Assembly (NCBI GenBank): GCA_963713825.1
Contig: CAVQNG010000003.1
Location: forward strand, 1,408,001 to 1,472,000
Length of the DNA stretch: 64,000 nucleotides
From: an uncultured Acidobacteriota bacterium
Lineage (GTDB): Bacteria > Acidobacteriota > Thermoanaerobaculia > Multivoradales > JAHEKO01
Direction: 5' to 3'
This document shows, piece by piece, positions 46,325 through 56,359 of this stretch. Both the position numbers and the translations under genes were made by a program. The notes below the pieces were generated by a model. The model did not search any database. It was not told where the DNA came from and saw only the letters and a list, made by a program, of their open reading frames with translations. Every line of letters starts with the position of its first letter. Positions within the stretch are counted from its first letter, which is position 1.

Positions 46325-47330
46325 TCCAACGGCCTCTCGAGCTCCGGCGAGCGCCCTGGTCACCATTGGCGGTGGCAGCGGCCTGTCGGTTCTGCTGCGT
46401 GGCCTCAAGCACTCGGTCGGTGGTCCTATCGGGGATCTCACGGCGGTGGTGACGGTCAGTGACGATGGTGGTTCGTCTGGACGCCTGCGCCGCCAGTTCG
46501 GCGTCCTTCCCCCAGGTGACATTCGTAGCTGTATTGTGGCCTTGGCCGACGACGAGGACCTGTTGGCGCGACTATTCCAATATCGCTTCGACGAGGGTGA
46601 GGGACTTTCGGGTCACTCATTCGGCAACCTCTTCCTCACCGCTTTGGCTGGTATCACCGGGGACTTCTATCAGGCGATCCTCACGGCGGAAGCCGTGCTA
46701 TCCGTGCGGGGCCGGATCCTGCCCGCGACCCTGAGCGATTTGCGCCTGGATGCCCGAGGCCTGTCCGGTCGGACCTACAAAGGTGAGTCTGCAGTAGGAG
46801 TCTCAGGAGAACCGTTGCAGGAGGTGTTGCTCGAGCCAGAGGCCCCCCCTGGGTTTGGCCCCGCAGTCGAGGCAATTCGGCAGGCTGATCTGGTGATTCT
46901 GGGCCCCGGCTCGTTGTACACCTCGGTCATCGCGAATCTCCTGATCCCTGACATCGATGCCGCGATCCGGGAGAGCCAAGGCAAGGTGGTTCTGCCGTTG
47001 AATCTCATGACCCAGCCCGGAGAGACCGACGGCATGAACGCGCTCGACCATCTGGACGCCATCGAGCGATACCTGGGCACCGGTGCCATCGATATCGTGG
47101 TGGTCAACACCGCGCCTTTGCCAGCCGACCGTCTGCCGGCCTACAGTGAGGAAGGCTCAGAGCCGGTGATCCTCGATGAGGCCGCCTTTCGGATGCGGGG
47201 AATCGACATTTTTGGCGATGACCTGCTGGCGCCGGGCCCCCTGATCCGCCACGACAAGTTCAAGCTCGCCCGCACCATCCTGTCGGTTCTGGAGAGCGAC
47301 AGGGAATCGGAAGGTGCCTCGGCCGATTGA
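46257..47330 (+). CDS. yvcK: YvcK/GlmR (CofD-related) UDP-GlcNAc-binding protein
   Basis: IGGGSGLS, VSDDGGSSG, PPGDIR, GHSFGN, GPGSLYTS, NLMTQPGET, RHD; start uncertain. Confidence 0.9.
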   Translation: MPTTTRTSKRSETAQSTDISSTDPTASRAPASALVTIGGGSGLSVLLRGLKHSVGGPIGDLTAVVTVSDDGGSSGRLRRQFGVLPPGDIRSCIVALADDEDLLARLFQYRFDEGEGLSGHSFGNLFLTALAGITGDFYQAILTAEAVLSVRGRILPATLSDLRLDARGLSGRTYKGESAVGVSGEPLQEVLLEPEAPPGFGPAVEAIRQADLVILGPGSLYTSVIANLLIPDIDAAIRESQGKVVLPLNLMTQPGETDGMNALDHLDAIERYLGTGAIDIVVVNTAPLPADRLPAYSEEGSEPVILDEAAFRMRGIDIFGDDLLAPGPLIRHDKFKLARTILSVLESDRESEGASAD

Positions 47331-47412
47331 GCGCTTGGCAGGCGCAGTGCGCGGCGAGAACTGGACCACGATGACCCGCGGACAGGATAGTCAGTATGAG
47401 AGAGGAGTGCAG

Positions 47413-48801
47413 GTGACGAAACCACAACCCCTATCGGCGGTAATTCTGGCGGCAGGCAAGGGCACTCGGTTGCGATCAGCCTTGCCCAAGGTTCTGCATC
47501 CTGTTGCGGGTAGACCGATGTTGGAATGGGTGCTGAACGCAGCACGGGCCGCAGGCTGTGAGCACATCTATGTAGTGGTGGGGCATGGCGCGGATGCGGT
47601 GCAGAGCGAGATCGAGGCCGACGATGTGACCTGGGTGTTGCAGGAGGAGCAGCTCGGAACGGGCCATGCTCTTCTGCAGGTGGAGAGCCATTTGGAAGCG
47701 CCGGCAACCCTGCTCGTGCTCTCAGGTGATGTACCGCTCGTGGCCCCGGAGACCCTGGATCGGTTGGCGGCCGCCGCGCGTGCGGGTTGGGGCGCCATGG
47801 TCGTGGCGGAGATGGAGGAGCCCGGCTCCCTGGGGCGCGTCGTGGCAACGGCAAGCGGCACTCTCGAGCGCATTGTGGAGGTTGCAGACGCCACTCCTGA
47901 AGAGTTGGAGAATCCCTGGATCAACGCCGGGATCTACGCTCTGCCAGCTCCCGAGATCTTCGATTTCCTGAAGCAGCTGAAGCCCAACAATGCCAAACAG
48001 GAGCTCTACCTGACCGACGCCCTCACCGCGGCAGCCGATCAGTCCCTCGCCCTGGTCTCGCTGGCCGAGGCGGCAGAGGCCTTCGGAGTCAACGATCGGC
48101 TGGACCTGGCTCGCGTCCACGGTGTACTACTGCGACGCAAGGCAGATGCGTTGATGAGAGAAGGCGTGACGATTCTGGACCCGGACCATGTGGTCATCGA
48201 GGCGGGTGTCGAAGTTGGTAGGGACTCGGTGATCCATCCAGGGGTCTCCCTGACGGGCAGGACCCGATTGGGAGAGGGTTGTACCGTTCACCAGGGGGCG
48301 TGGCTGCGGGATGCTTGGCTCGGTGATCGGGTCACGGTGGAGCCCTATAGCGTTCTTGAAGAAGTGGAAGTTGGTGACGCCTGTCAGATCGGGCCTTTCG
48401 CTCGCATGCGACCCGGCGCGGTCATGAAGGAGCGAGCCAAGATCGGCAACTTCGTCGAGATCAAGAACTCGGAGCTCGGCGCCGGCGTGAAGGCGAACCA
48501 CCTGGCCTACGTGGGTGATGCGACGGTGGGGGAGAACGCGAACCTGGGGGCAGGGACGATTACATGCAATTACGACGGCGTCTCGAAGCATCGCACGGAG
48601 ATTGGCAAAGGTGCGTTTATCGGCAGCGACACGATGTTTGTCGCCCCGGTCAGTGTGGGCGATGGCGCCATGACGGCGGCCGGGTCCGTGATCTCCAAGG
48701 ACGTGCCCCCCGGAGCACTGGCGATCGAGCGGTGCGAGCAGAAGACCGTGCCAGGTTTCGCCAAACGAAAGCTCGAGCGGCGAAAGGCCAGAAAGCAGTA
48801 A
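47413..48801 (+). CDS. glmU: Bifunctional UDP-GlcNAc pyrophosphorylase/glucosamine-1-phosphate N-acetyltransferase
   Basis: LAAGKGTR...PKVLH, QLGTGHA, hexapeptide repeats, GNFVEIK, CNYDG; GTG 47413 after GAGGAG. Confidence 0.96.
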   Translation: MTKPQPLSAVILAAGKGTRLRSALPKVLHPVAGRPMLEWVLNAARAAGCEHIYVVVGHGADAVQSEIEADDVTWVLQEEQLGTGHALLQVESHLEAPATLLVLSGDVPLVAPETLDRLAAAARAGWGAMVVAEMEEPGSLGRVVATASGTLERIVEVADATPEELENPWINAGIYALPAPEIFDFLKQLKPNNAKQELYLTDALTAAADQSLALVSLAEAAEAFGVNDRLDLARVHGVLLRRKADALMREGVTILDPDHVVIEAGVEVGRDSVIHPGVSLTGRTRLGEGCTVHQGAWLRDAWLGDRVTVEPYSVLEEVEVGDACQIGPFARMRPGAVMKERAKIGNFVEIKNSELGAGVKANHLAYVGDATVGENANLGAGTITCNYDGVSKHRTEIGKGAFIGSDTMFVAPVSVGDGAMTAAGSVISKDVPPGALAIERCEQKTVPGFAKRKLERRKARKQ

Positions 48802-48813
48802 ACTTCATTTCTT

Positions 48814-50637
48814 ATGTGCGGAATCGTCGGCTATATAGGGCAGCGTGAGGTTGTTCCCGTGCTCCTTTCGGGACTCGAGAGTCTCGCCTATCGGGGCTAT
48901 GACTCGGCAGGTGTCGTCGTTGTTCGTGAGAGCGAACTGGAGGCCGTCAAGGCCGAGGGCAAGCTGGAGCGCTTGGTCGAGAAGCTGGAGGGCGAGTCCC
49001 TCGTAGGCACCTATGGCCTGGGTCATACGCGCTGGGCGACTCACGGCGAGCCCTCCGAGCGCAATGCCCATCCGGTGATGGACGCGAAGGGCCGATTGGC
49101 CCTCATCCACAACGGCATCATCGAAAATTTCCTGACTCTCAAGAAGAGCCTCATCAGTGAAGGTTGGGAGTTCACTTCCGACACCGATACGGAGGTCGTC
49201 GCCAACCTCATCAGCTTGCACCTGCAGGACGACCTGTTGGCGGCGACGAGACTGGCGCTGCAAGAGCTCGAAGGCATGTACGCGTTTGCCGCCGTCTCGA
49301 CGGTGTCGGGGCAAGCCGAGATCGTTGTCGCCCGACAAGGTCCTCCACTGGTCATCGGGCTGGGTGATGACGAGTACTTCCTGGCTTCGGACCCGGCGGC
49401 TCTGCTGGCTTACACGAAGAACGTGATCTTCCTGGAGAACGGGGACCTGTGTCGGTTGACCGCTGCCGGCCCCGAGATATGGGACGAGGCTGGCGACAGC
49501 GTCGAGCGGCAGACGGTAAGGCTTACCTGGGACCCGATCCAGTCCGAAAAGGGTGGCTTCAAGCACTTCATGCTCAAGGAGATCCACGAGCAGTCCCAGG
49601 CGATCCAGGACACGTTTGCGGGTCGCGTGGACTTCGAGAGCAACAGGGTCAGGTTCGACAACTTCTCGCTGACACCGGAGAAGGCGGCGCAGATTCAGCG
49701 GGTCCAGATTCTGGCTTGCGGGACCTCGTGGCACTCGGGTCTGGTGGGCAAGTTCATGATTGAAGAGTTGGCACGGATACCGGTCGAGGTGGACTACGGT
49801 TCCGAGTATCGATATCGGGATCCAGTGGTCGGAGAGGGTGTCCTGGCGGTGGGTATCTCCCAGTCGGGGGAGACTGCCGATACGCTGTCAGCCATGGAGG
49901 CGGCCAGCGATCGAGGTGCCGAGCTGCTGGCGATCTGCAATGTGCCTGGCAGCCAGGCGACCCGAATCAGCGGCGGCGTGATCTACACCCATGCCGGGCC
50001 AGAGATCGGAGTCGCCTCGACGAAAGCCTTCACGACTCAGCTCACCGCCCTCTATCTTCTGGCTCTCTATCTGCGGCAGCAGCGTGGATTGGCGATCGAG
50101 CCAGAAATGCTCACGGAGCTTGCGAAGCTACCTCACGCTGTGGCGGAGATCATGGATTCCGAAGCGGAGCTCGAAGAGTTGGCTCGGCATTATGCCCGCC
50201 TCGAGGACTTCCTATACCTGGGAAGAGGTATCAACTATCCGATCGCGCTCGAAGGAGCCCTGAAGCTGAAGGAGATCTCCTACAGCCATGCCGAGGGCTA
50301 CCCGGCTGGGGAAATGAAGCATGGTCCGATCGCCCTGATCGACGAAGATTTTCCGGTCGTGGCGATTGCTACCGGCAGCCGCGTGTTCGACAAGGTGTGC
50401 AGCAACATGCAGGAGGTCAAGGCACGGGACGGCGTGGTCATCGCCGTCACGGATCGCCCGGCCGAAGAGCTCGCCGAGATCGCCGACGAGGTCATTCATG
50501 TGCCCCATTCATCCGATTTGCTGCAGCCTCTGATCAATGTCATACCTTTGCAGCTGTTCGCCTATTTTGTTGCCGTTCGCCGGGGTGCCGACGTGGATCA
50601 GCCGCGGAACCTGGCCAAGAGCGTGACGGTCGAGTAG
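48814..50637 (+). CDS. glmS: Glutamine--fructose-6-phosphate aminotransferase
   Basis: MCGIVG, GHTRWATHG, SQSGETADT, PRNLAKSVTVE. Confidence 0.98.
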   Translation: MCGIVGYIGQREVVPVLLSGLESLAYRGYDSAGVVVVRESELEAVKAEGKLERLVEKLEGESLVGTYGLGHTRWATHGEPSERNAHPVMDAKGRLALIHNGIIENFLTLKKSLISEGWEFTSDTDTEVVANLISLHLQDDLLAATRLALQELEGMYAFAAVSTVSGQAEIVVARQGPPLVIGLGDDEYFLASDPAALLAYTKNVIFLENGDLCRLTAAGPEIWDEAGDSVERQTVRLTWDPIQSEKGGFKHFMLKEIHEQSQAIQDTFAGRVDFESNRVRFDNFSLTPEKAAQIQRVQILACGTSWHSGLVGKFMIEELARIPVEVDYGSEYRYRDPVVGEGVLAVGISQSGETADTLSAMEAASDRGAELLAICNVPGSQATRISGGVIYTHAGPEIGVASTKAFTTQLTALYLLALYLRQQRGLAIEPEMLTELAKLPHAVAEIMDSEAELEELARHYARLEDFLYLGRGINYPIALEGALKLKEISYSHAEGYPAGEMKHGPIALIDEDFPVVAIATGSRVFDKVCSNMQEVKARDGVVIAVTDRPAEELAEIADEVIHVPHSSDLLQPLINVIPLQLFAYFVAVRRGADVDQPRNLAKSVTVE

Positions 50638-50659
50638 AAAGCCAGCCGGACCGTCGCCG

Positions 50660-52855
50660 ATGCCGTCGAATTCCGCCCTCGATCTCGAGCGCGCCCTGAA
50701 CCCTGAGCAGGCTGCCGCCGTCACTCACGGTGACGGGCCCCAGTTGGTACTGGCGGGGGCGGGTTCCGGCAAGACTCGGGTCATCACCTATCGAGTCGCC
50801 TGGCTGGTCCAGGAGCGCCACGTCGATCCTTCGCAGATCGTCGCGATGACCTTTACGAACAAGGCTGCGGGCGAGATGCGGGACCGAGTCCAAGATCTCC
50901 TCGGCCTACATCCATTACCGACGTTCGTCGGCACGTTTCATCGATTCGCTCTCGGCCTGTTGCGACGTCACGGCAAGCACGTCGGCGTCGACCCGAGCTT
51001 CGCGATTTTCGACAGCTCCGATCAGCTGTCCCTGGTGAAGAAGGCCCTGGCTGAAGAGAACCTCTCGGAGTCGGCCTTTCCGCCGCGCTCGATGTTGGGC
51101 ACCATCAGCGCGGCGAAGAATCGACTGCTCGACGCGGAGACCTACGCGGCGGCGGCCGAGAACTTCTACGAGAAGCAGGCGGCCAAAGTGTATCGGCAGT
51201 ACCAACGCCTCTTGATCCAATCGTCGGGGGTGGACTTCGACGACATGCTGCGGTTGGCCGTCAAGTTGTTGACGACCGAGGAGGGTATCCGAGACCGTCT
51301 GCGGCAGCGAATCCGGTACCTACTGGTCGATGAGTTCCAGGACACGAACCATGCCCAGATGCGGATGGTGCAGGAGATCGTCGCCGCGGCCGGGAACCTG
51401 ACCGCGGTCGGTGATGAAGATCAGGGAATCTACCGCTGGCGCGGTGCCGATCTCGACAACGTGCTCAACTTCGAGCAGGCGTTCCCGGGCGCCGTGGTCC
51501 GAGCGCTGGAGCAGAATTATCGGTCGACACAGAACATCCTCGACACCGCTGGCGAGCTGGTGGCGCACAACCAGCGCCGACGCGGTAAGCGGCTCTGGAC
51601 GGAGGCGGGCGAAGGCAGCAAAGTGGAGCTCTATCGTGCGCGCGACGACCAGGACGAAGCACGCTGGATCCTGAACACGTTCGAGGGGCTGCGAGGCCAG
51701 ATTCCGCTGCGCGAGATGGGAATCCTGGTGCGGACCAACGCCCAGACCCGAGCTTTCGAGGAAGAGCTTCTGAAGAGGCAGATTCCCTACGAGCTGGTCG
51801 GTGGTGTGCGTTTCTACGAGCGCGCCGAGATCAAGGATGTCGTGGCCTATCTGCGAGTCCTGCGCAACCCGAGAGACAACTTCTCGTTGACCCGGATCCT
51901 GAACCGACCAGCGAGGGGTATCGGCAAGGCAACACAAGACATGCTGATCCAGATGTCGGCGGAGCATGGGAACTCGCTGTGGGAGACGCTCCGACACGCA
52001 GAGCTGGCGAGTCTGCCAGCTCGAAGCGGCAAGGCGCTGGGTCGATTCCGTGATCTGCTCCAGTCGCTACGCGACGGCCTGGATGAGACGCCCCTACCCG
52101 TGGTGCTGGAGCGTCTTCTCGACCAGACTGGCTACCTGGATCACTATGACAAGGACGACCCTGAGCTTCGCGCCAAGCTGGAGAATCTGGAAGAGCTGGT
52201 GACGGCGGCACAGGAGTTCACCGAAGAAACCGACTGGAGCGACGAGGCCGATCTGCTGAGTGCCTTTCTCGACCACATCTCACTGGTCAGCGACATCGAT
52301 GAGTGGCGCCGAGAGCAGGGCATCTCGCTGATGACGTTGCACAGCGCGAAGGGCCTGGAGTTCGAAGCCGTCTGCGTTGCCGGGCTCGAAGATGGGCTGC
52401 TACCTCACTTCAACAGTGGTGGCACTCAGGACGAGATCGAGGAGGAGAGGCGGTTGCTCTATGTTGGCATGACGCGCGCCAAGCAGCGCCTCTTCTTGAC
52501 CGGGTGCCGGCGTCGCCGCATCGCGGGTCGGTACCAGGATCAGCAGGAGTCTCCCTTCCTACTTGAGATTCCCGGGAAAGATCTGGTAATCAGCGAGAGC
52601 CCCGAGTTGTTCTACGACAGTCGAACGCGGGGTGCGTACGGTTTCTTCGGCCGGCGCGAGCCCGTTGAGATCGAGCCGGAAGTCGTAACTGGCGACGCCC
52701 TGCGACGTGGCCGACGAGTACGCCATCCGACACTCGGCGAAGGCGTCCTCATGGAGCTCGAAGGCGAGGGAGACAACGCCAAATTGACCGTCTTCTTCGA
52801 CCGCTCGGGCAAGAGGAAATTGGTGGCCAAGTACGCCAATCTGGAGCTGTTGTAG
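50660..52855 (+). CDS. pcrA: UvrD/PcrA family DNA helicase
   Basis: AGAGSGKT, DEFQDTN, NYRS, HSAKGLEF, EERRLLYVGMTRA, C-terminal Tudor-like domain. Confidence 0.95.
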   Translation: MPSNSALDLERALNPEQAAAVTHGDGPQLVLAGAGSGKTRVITYRVAWLVQERHVDPSQIVAMTFTNKAAGEMRDRVQDLLGLHPLPTFVGTFHRFALGLLRRHGKHVGVDPSFAIFDSSDQLSLVKKALAEENLSESAFPPRSMLGTISAAKNRLLDAETYAAAAENFYEKQAAKVYRQYQRLLIQSSGVDFDDMLRLAVKLLTTEEGIRDRLRQRIRYLLVDEFQDTNHAQMRMVQEIVAAAGNLTAVGDEDQGIYRWRGADLDNVLNFEQAFPGAVVRALEQNYRSTQNILDTAGELVAHNQRRRGKRLWTEAGEGSKVELYRARDDQDEARWILNTFEGLRGQIPLREMGILVRTNAQTRAFEEELLKRQIPYELVGGVRFYERAEIKDVVAYLRVLRNPRDNFSLTRILNRPARGIGKATQDMLIQMSAEHGNSLWETLRHAELASLPARSGKALGRFRDLLQSLRDGLDETPLPVVLERLLDQTGYLDHYDKDDPELRAKLENLEELVTAAQEFTEETDWSDEADLLSAFLDHISLVSDIDEWRREQGISLMTLHSAKGLEFEAVCVAGLEDGLLPHFNSGGTQDEIEEERRLLYVGMTRAKQRLFLTGCRRRRIAGRYQDQQESPFLLEIPGKDLVISESPELFYDSRTRGAYGFFGRREPVEIEPEVVTGDALRRGRRVRHPTLGEGVLMELEGEGDNAKLTVFFDRSGKRKLVAKYANLELL

Positions 52856-52875
52856 GGAGTGCTCGCGTCCCGGGA

Positions 52876-53466
52876 CTATTCTGCCGGCAGGTGGTCGCTG
52901 CGCAGGATCGCATAGAGGTAGTTGTCGATCCTGTCACCGTCCATCACGAAGTAACCTCTGAGGCGACCCTCCTGGCGAAAGCCTAGCTTCTCGAGCACCC
53001 TTTGTGACCCATAGTTTCGGGTATCGCAGCGGGCCTCGATTCGCTCCAGGGGAGAGTTGAGGAAGAGGTCTGCCAGAAGAAGTTGAAGCGCCAGCGCCAT
53101 GATGCCGCGTTTCTGGAAGGGCGTCGAAAGTGCATAGCCGATCTCGGCCAATCCATGGTCCCAATTGGTGATCACGAGCGTCAGCCAGCCAGCCGGCTGT
53201 TCATCGCACCGAATGATCCACTGAAACTTATCCCCTTGCCCGTGGTAGAGGTCACTGATCCTCTGCCGCACGAGCTCGGCGCTCAGCTGTCCGAGTGAGG
53301 CTTCGCCGAGGGGCTGGAATCGTCGCACAGTGGGCTGCCGACGCCAATCGCGGAGCAGACTGGCATCGCCCGGGACCGCAGGTCTGAGTGAGACGCGCGG
53401 GGCCTGGGCTTCGGCCTGGGGATGCAGGACCGATCTGGGCGCGTCTGTCGAATGGGCAGTCGTCAT
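52876..53466 (-). CDS. RimJ/RimL-like GNAT acetyltransferase
   Basis: AEIGY, N.GSQRVLEKLGF..EG.LR. Confidence 0.88.
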   Translation of the reverse strand: MTTAHSTDAPRSVLHPQAEAQAPRVSLRPAVPGDASLLRDWRRQPTVRRFQPLGEASLGQLSAELVRQRISDLYHGQGDKFQWIIRCDEQPAGWLTLVITNWDHGLAEIGYALSTPFQKRGIMALALQLLLADLFLNSPLERIEARCDTRNYGSQRVLEKLGFRQEGRLRGYFVMDGDRIDNYLYAILRSDHLPAE

Positions 53467-55010
53467 ATCCCGAGCTCCGCTGCGGCCTCGTCGGTACTGG
53501 TGGCCAGACGCGCCGGCGGTGCTTCCGGGTCGTCGAACCTACGGGTTACTCGCTCGTGTTGGAGAGTCAGATAGGTCATATAGCAGTAGCCGTGCAGGAA
53601 GAGGTAGAGAAACGGCAGGGAAAACCACATCCCCAGGCTACAGGCCACAGTAAAACACAAGATCATGTATCCCGCGAGGAGCAATTCGAAGATTGCGGTC
53701 TTCGTACGGCAGGATTGATATCGCTTGCCGAGCCAACGATCGGCACGACCTTCGATGCAGTATTTGGGAGTGCGCTGGAAAACCCCGCCATCATGCAGCA
53801 AGCCAGAGAAGACAGCGTGGGTGTTGTTGACTGCCAGGCCGACGCCCAGCCCCATCAGAAGCGGAATGGTGCCGAGGCTGCGCCACCGGTTGGCTCCGAC
53901 GACCTGCTGACTGATGACATAGAACAAGACGATGGCGCCCGTCGCGCCGAGAAAGATGGGCAGATCGAGCAGCACCAGCATCCTGGGGTCGGCGTCCCGT
54001 CTCAGGTACATGGCGGGGAACATGAGTAGCGAGAGCAGGATCATCAGCGGATAGCAGGCGTTGCTGGTTAGATGAATCAACGCCTCGACTTTGATGGGTG
54101 TGGCGATCGAGGAGCGCAGAATCCTATCGAGGAGCTTCCGGGCAGTTTGAATCGAGCCCTTCGCCCATCGAAACTGCTGGCTCTTGAAGGCGTGAATGTC
54201 GACGGGCAGCTCGGCTGGAGCGGTGACGGCAGGTAGGAAGAGGAAGTGCCAGCCGCGAAGTTGAGCGCGAAAGGAGAGATCCAGATCTTCGGTGAGGGTG
54301 TCGTGCTGCCAGCCTCCCGCATCGACGATCGCCTCTTTCCTCCAAAGGCCAGCGGTGCCGTTGAAGTTGAAGAACCGGCCCGAGGCATGCCTCGCCGCGT
54401 GCTCGATGGCGAAGTGTCCATCGAGGAGAATCGCTTGAATTCTCGTCAGCAGTGAGAAGCGTCGATTGATGTGCTCCCATCGTGCCTGGACCATACCGAT
54501 GCCGGGATCGGCAAAGTATGGAACCGTTCGTTTGAGGAAATCCGGGCGCGGCGAGAAATCCGCATCGAAGACCGCCAAGAGGTTGCCTCGAGACCTGGCC
54601 AGCCCGTTCTCCAGCGCTCCGGCCTTGAATCCGTGCCGGTGGGTGCGGTGCAGATGGTGGATGTGAAAACCGTTGGCCAAATAGTGCTGCACTCGTTCGG
54701 CAACGATGTCCGCGGTCTCGTCGGTCGAGTCGTCGAGGACCTGGATCTCGAGACGATCTCTGGGGTAGTCCAGGCGGCAGACCGAGTCGATAAGCCTCGA
54801 CGCAACGTACATTTCATTGAAGAGTGGCAGCTGAATCGTCACCATGGGCCAGTGCGTCGGTTCAGCAGTCGGTGGATTCAACCGATGGCGATTTCGGTAG
54901 TAAAGTGCCAGCAACAACAGGCGATGGGAGCCGTAGATCGCCAGACTTCCCAAGGTCAGGTAATAGATTGCCAGCAGAACTTTCTCGAAAAGAATCTCCA
55001 TCCCCGTCAT
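53463..55010 (-). CDS. GT2 processive glycosyltransferase (cellulose-synthase-like, CslA-type)
   Basis: VTIQLPLFNE, DDSTD, GFKAGAL, DADF, TEDLDLS, QQFRW; multiple TM helices. Confidence 0.92.
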   Translation of the reverse strand: MTGMEILFEKVLLAIYYLTLGSLAIYGSHRLLLLALYYRNRHRLNPPTAEPTHWPMVTIQLPLFNEMYVASRLIDSVCRLDYPRDRLEIQVLDDSTDETADIVAERVQHYLANGFHIHHLHRTHRHGFKAGALENGLARSRGNLLAVFDADFSPRPDFLKRTVPYFADPGIGMVQARWEHINRRFSLLTRIQAILLDGHFAIEHAARHASGRFFNFNGTAGLWRKEAIVDAGGWQHDTLTEDLDLSFRAQLRGWHFLFLPAVTAPAELPVDIHAFKSQQFRWAKGSIQTARKLLDRILRSSIATPIKVEALIHLTSNACYPLMILLSLLMFPAMYLRRDADPRMLVLLDLPIFLGATGAIVLFYVISQQVVGANRWRSLGTIPLLMGLGVGLAVNNTHAVFSGLLHDGGVFQRTPKYCIEGRADRWLGKRYQSCRTKTAIFELLLAGYMILCFTVACSLGMWFSLPFLYLFLHGYCYMTYLTLQHERVTRRFDDPEAPPARLATSTDEAAAELGI

Positions 55011-55057
55011 CTCTGTTCGGTACGCTCGATCTCCGGTCTCTTGTACGAATCGGCTGG

Positions 55058-56359
55058 GTGCCCATCCTAGCCCATGCCGGCCTGCTGCTGACGTGGGATC
55101 TCGCGGCGCATCTCGGGGCTGCCCTGTGCTGGTTGGCGGTCGGCTTTCTCGGATTGGCCCTGGGGAGTCGGCACCTTGCCAAGATGAAAGCGCCGAGCGG
55201 TGCGCTGGTCCTGGCGGTGGCCATCGTGGTTCGTTTGCTGATGCTGCCGTTGCCGTCGACGCTTTCCGATGACATCCAGCGCTACCTGTGGGATGGCAAG
55301 GTCGCCACCGCCGGCATCAGTCCGTACCTCTACGAGCCGAATGCGCCCGAGGTGAGCGGGCTGCGGGACGAGGCCTGGGAGCAGCTCCCGCATCGGCATG
55401 TGCCGACGGTCTATCCGCCACTTGCCTTGGCTCTGTTCAGCGTGGCAGCCAACCTTCCAGCACCGGTCTTCGCCCTCAAGCTGCTGCTGACCCTGTTCGA
55501 TCTGGTGACCTGTGTGCTGTTGCTGATTCTGGCTCGGATAGTAGGTCTGCCCACCCACCGGGTTGTCTGGTACGCCTGGAATCCGTTGGTTTCGCTGGAA
55601 GTCGCAGGCATGGGGCATGTCGATGCCCTGGGTGTGACCTGCATGGTGTTGTTGGTAGTTTGCCTGAGCCACTACCCCAAGCGGGTTGCCGGGGCGGCGT
55701 TGGCAGCGGCGGCAGGGGTACTGGCGAAGCTGATTCCGGTTGTGGGTTTCCCGGTCTGGGCCCGCCAAAGTGGACGGCCACTCCTCTTCCTGTCGCTCGC
55801 TATCGGGGTTTCGCTGATGGCCCTGGTGCCGGTCGTCGTTTCCACGGGTGGGGTACCGACGGGTGTCGTCACCTTCGGCATTCGTTGGGAATTCAATGGC
55901 CCTCTCTTCGAGCCTCTGTGGCGACTTGCCGCCAGCCTCGATGTTCCCTCGGCTGCGAGCAGGCTGCTCGATTGGCTCAAGATCCAGACCGGTGAGCACG
56001 ACTTCTTCAATCACTTCTATCCTCTCAACTACCCGCAACTCTGGGCCAAATTGGTCCTGGGAATCGCGTTGCTGGCGGCAATCGCCGTTGCTGTCGTGCG
56101 ACAACCGCGTCTCGCAGGCATGCAATGGATCTTCGGCAGCATCATCCTGTGCTCGGCAACCGTCTATCCGTGGTACCTGCTTTGGATCCTGCCCTGGGCT
56201 GCCCTGCTTGGGAATCGGGCCTGGTTGCTCGCCTCCGCCACCGTGATCCTGTCGTATATTCCCCAGTTCACGGATGTAGCGCTCTTTCCGTGGATCTATC
56301 TGGCGGTTTGGCTGCCTCCCTTTGCGGTTTGGATCCGACAACGATGGTTTTCCGACTGA
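55058..56359 (+). CDS. GT-C/GT87 (DUF2029-like) membrane glycosyltransferase
   Basis: LSDD..RYLWDG, TVYPP, YAWNPL..LE..G.GH.D, YPWY..W; start uncertain (GTG 55058 chosen to avoid overlap with the GT2 gene). Confidence 0.8.
   Translation: MPILAHAGLLLTWDLAAHLGAALCWLAVGFLGLALGSRHLAKMKAPSGALVLAVAIVVRLLMLPLPSTLSDDIQRYLWDGKVATAGISPYLYEPNAPEVSGLRDEAWEQLPHRHVPTVYPPLALALFSVAANLPAPVFALKLLLTLFDLVTCVLLLILARIVGLPTHRVVWYAWNPLVSLEVAGMGHVDALGVTCMVLLVVCLSHYPKRVAGAALAAAAGVLAKLIPVVGFPVWARQSGRPLLFLSLAIGVSLMALVPVVVSTGGVPTGVVTFGIRWEFNGPLFEPLWRLAASLDVPSAASRLLDWLKIQTGEHDFFNHFYPLNYPQLWAKLVLGIALLAAIAVAVVRQPRLAGMQWIFGSIILCSATVYPWYLLWILPWAALLGNRAWLLASATVILSYIPQFTDVALFPWIYLAVWLPPFAVWIRQRWFSD

Noticed and set aside
48802-48813. 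glmS ribozyme
   Set aside because: Only 12 bp separate glmU and glmS, which leaves no room.
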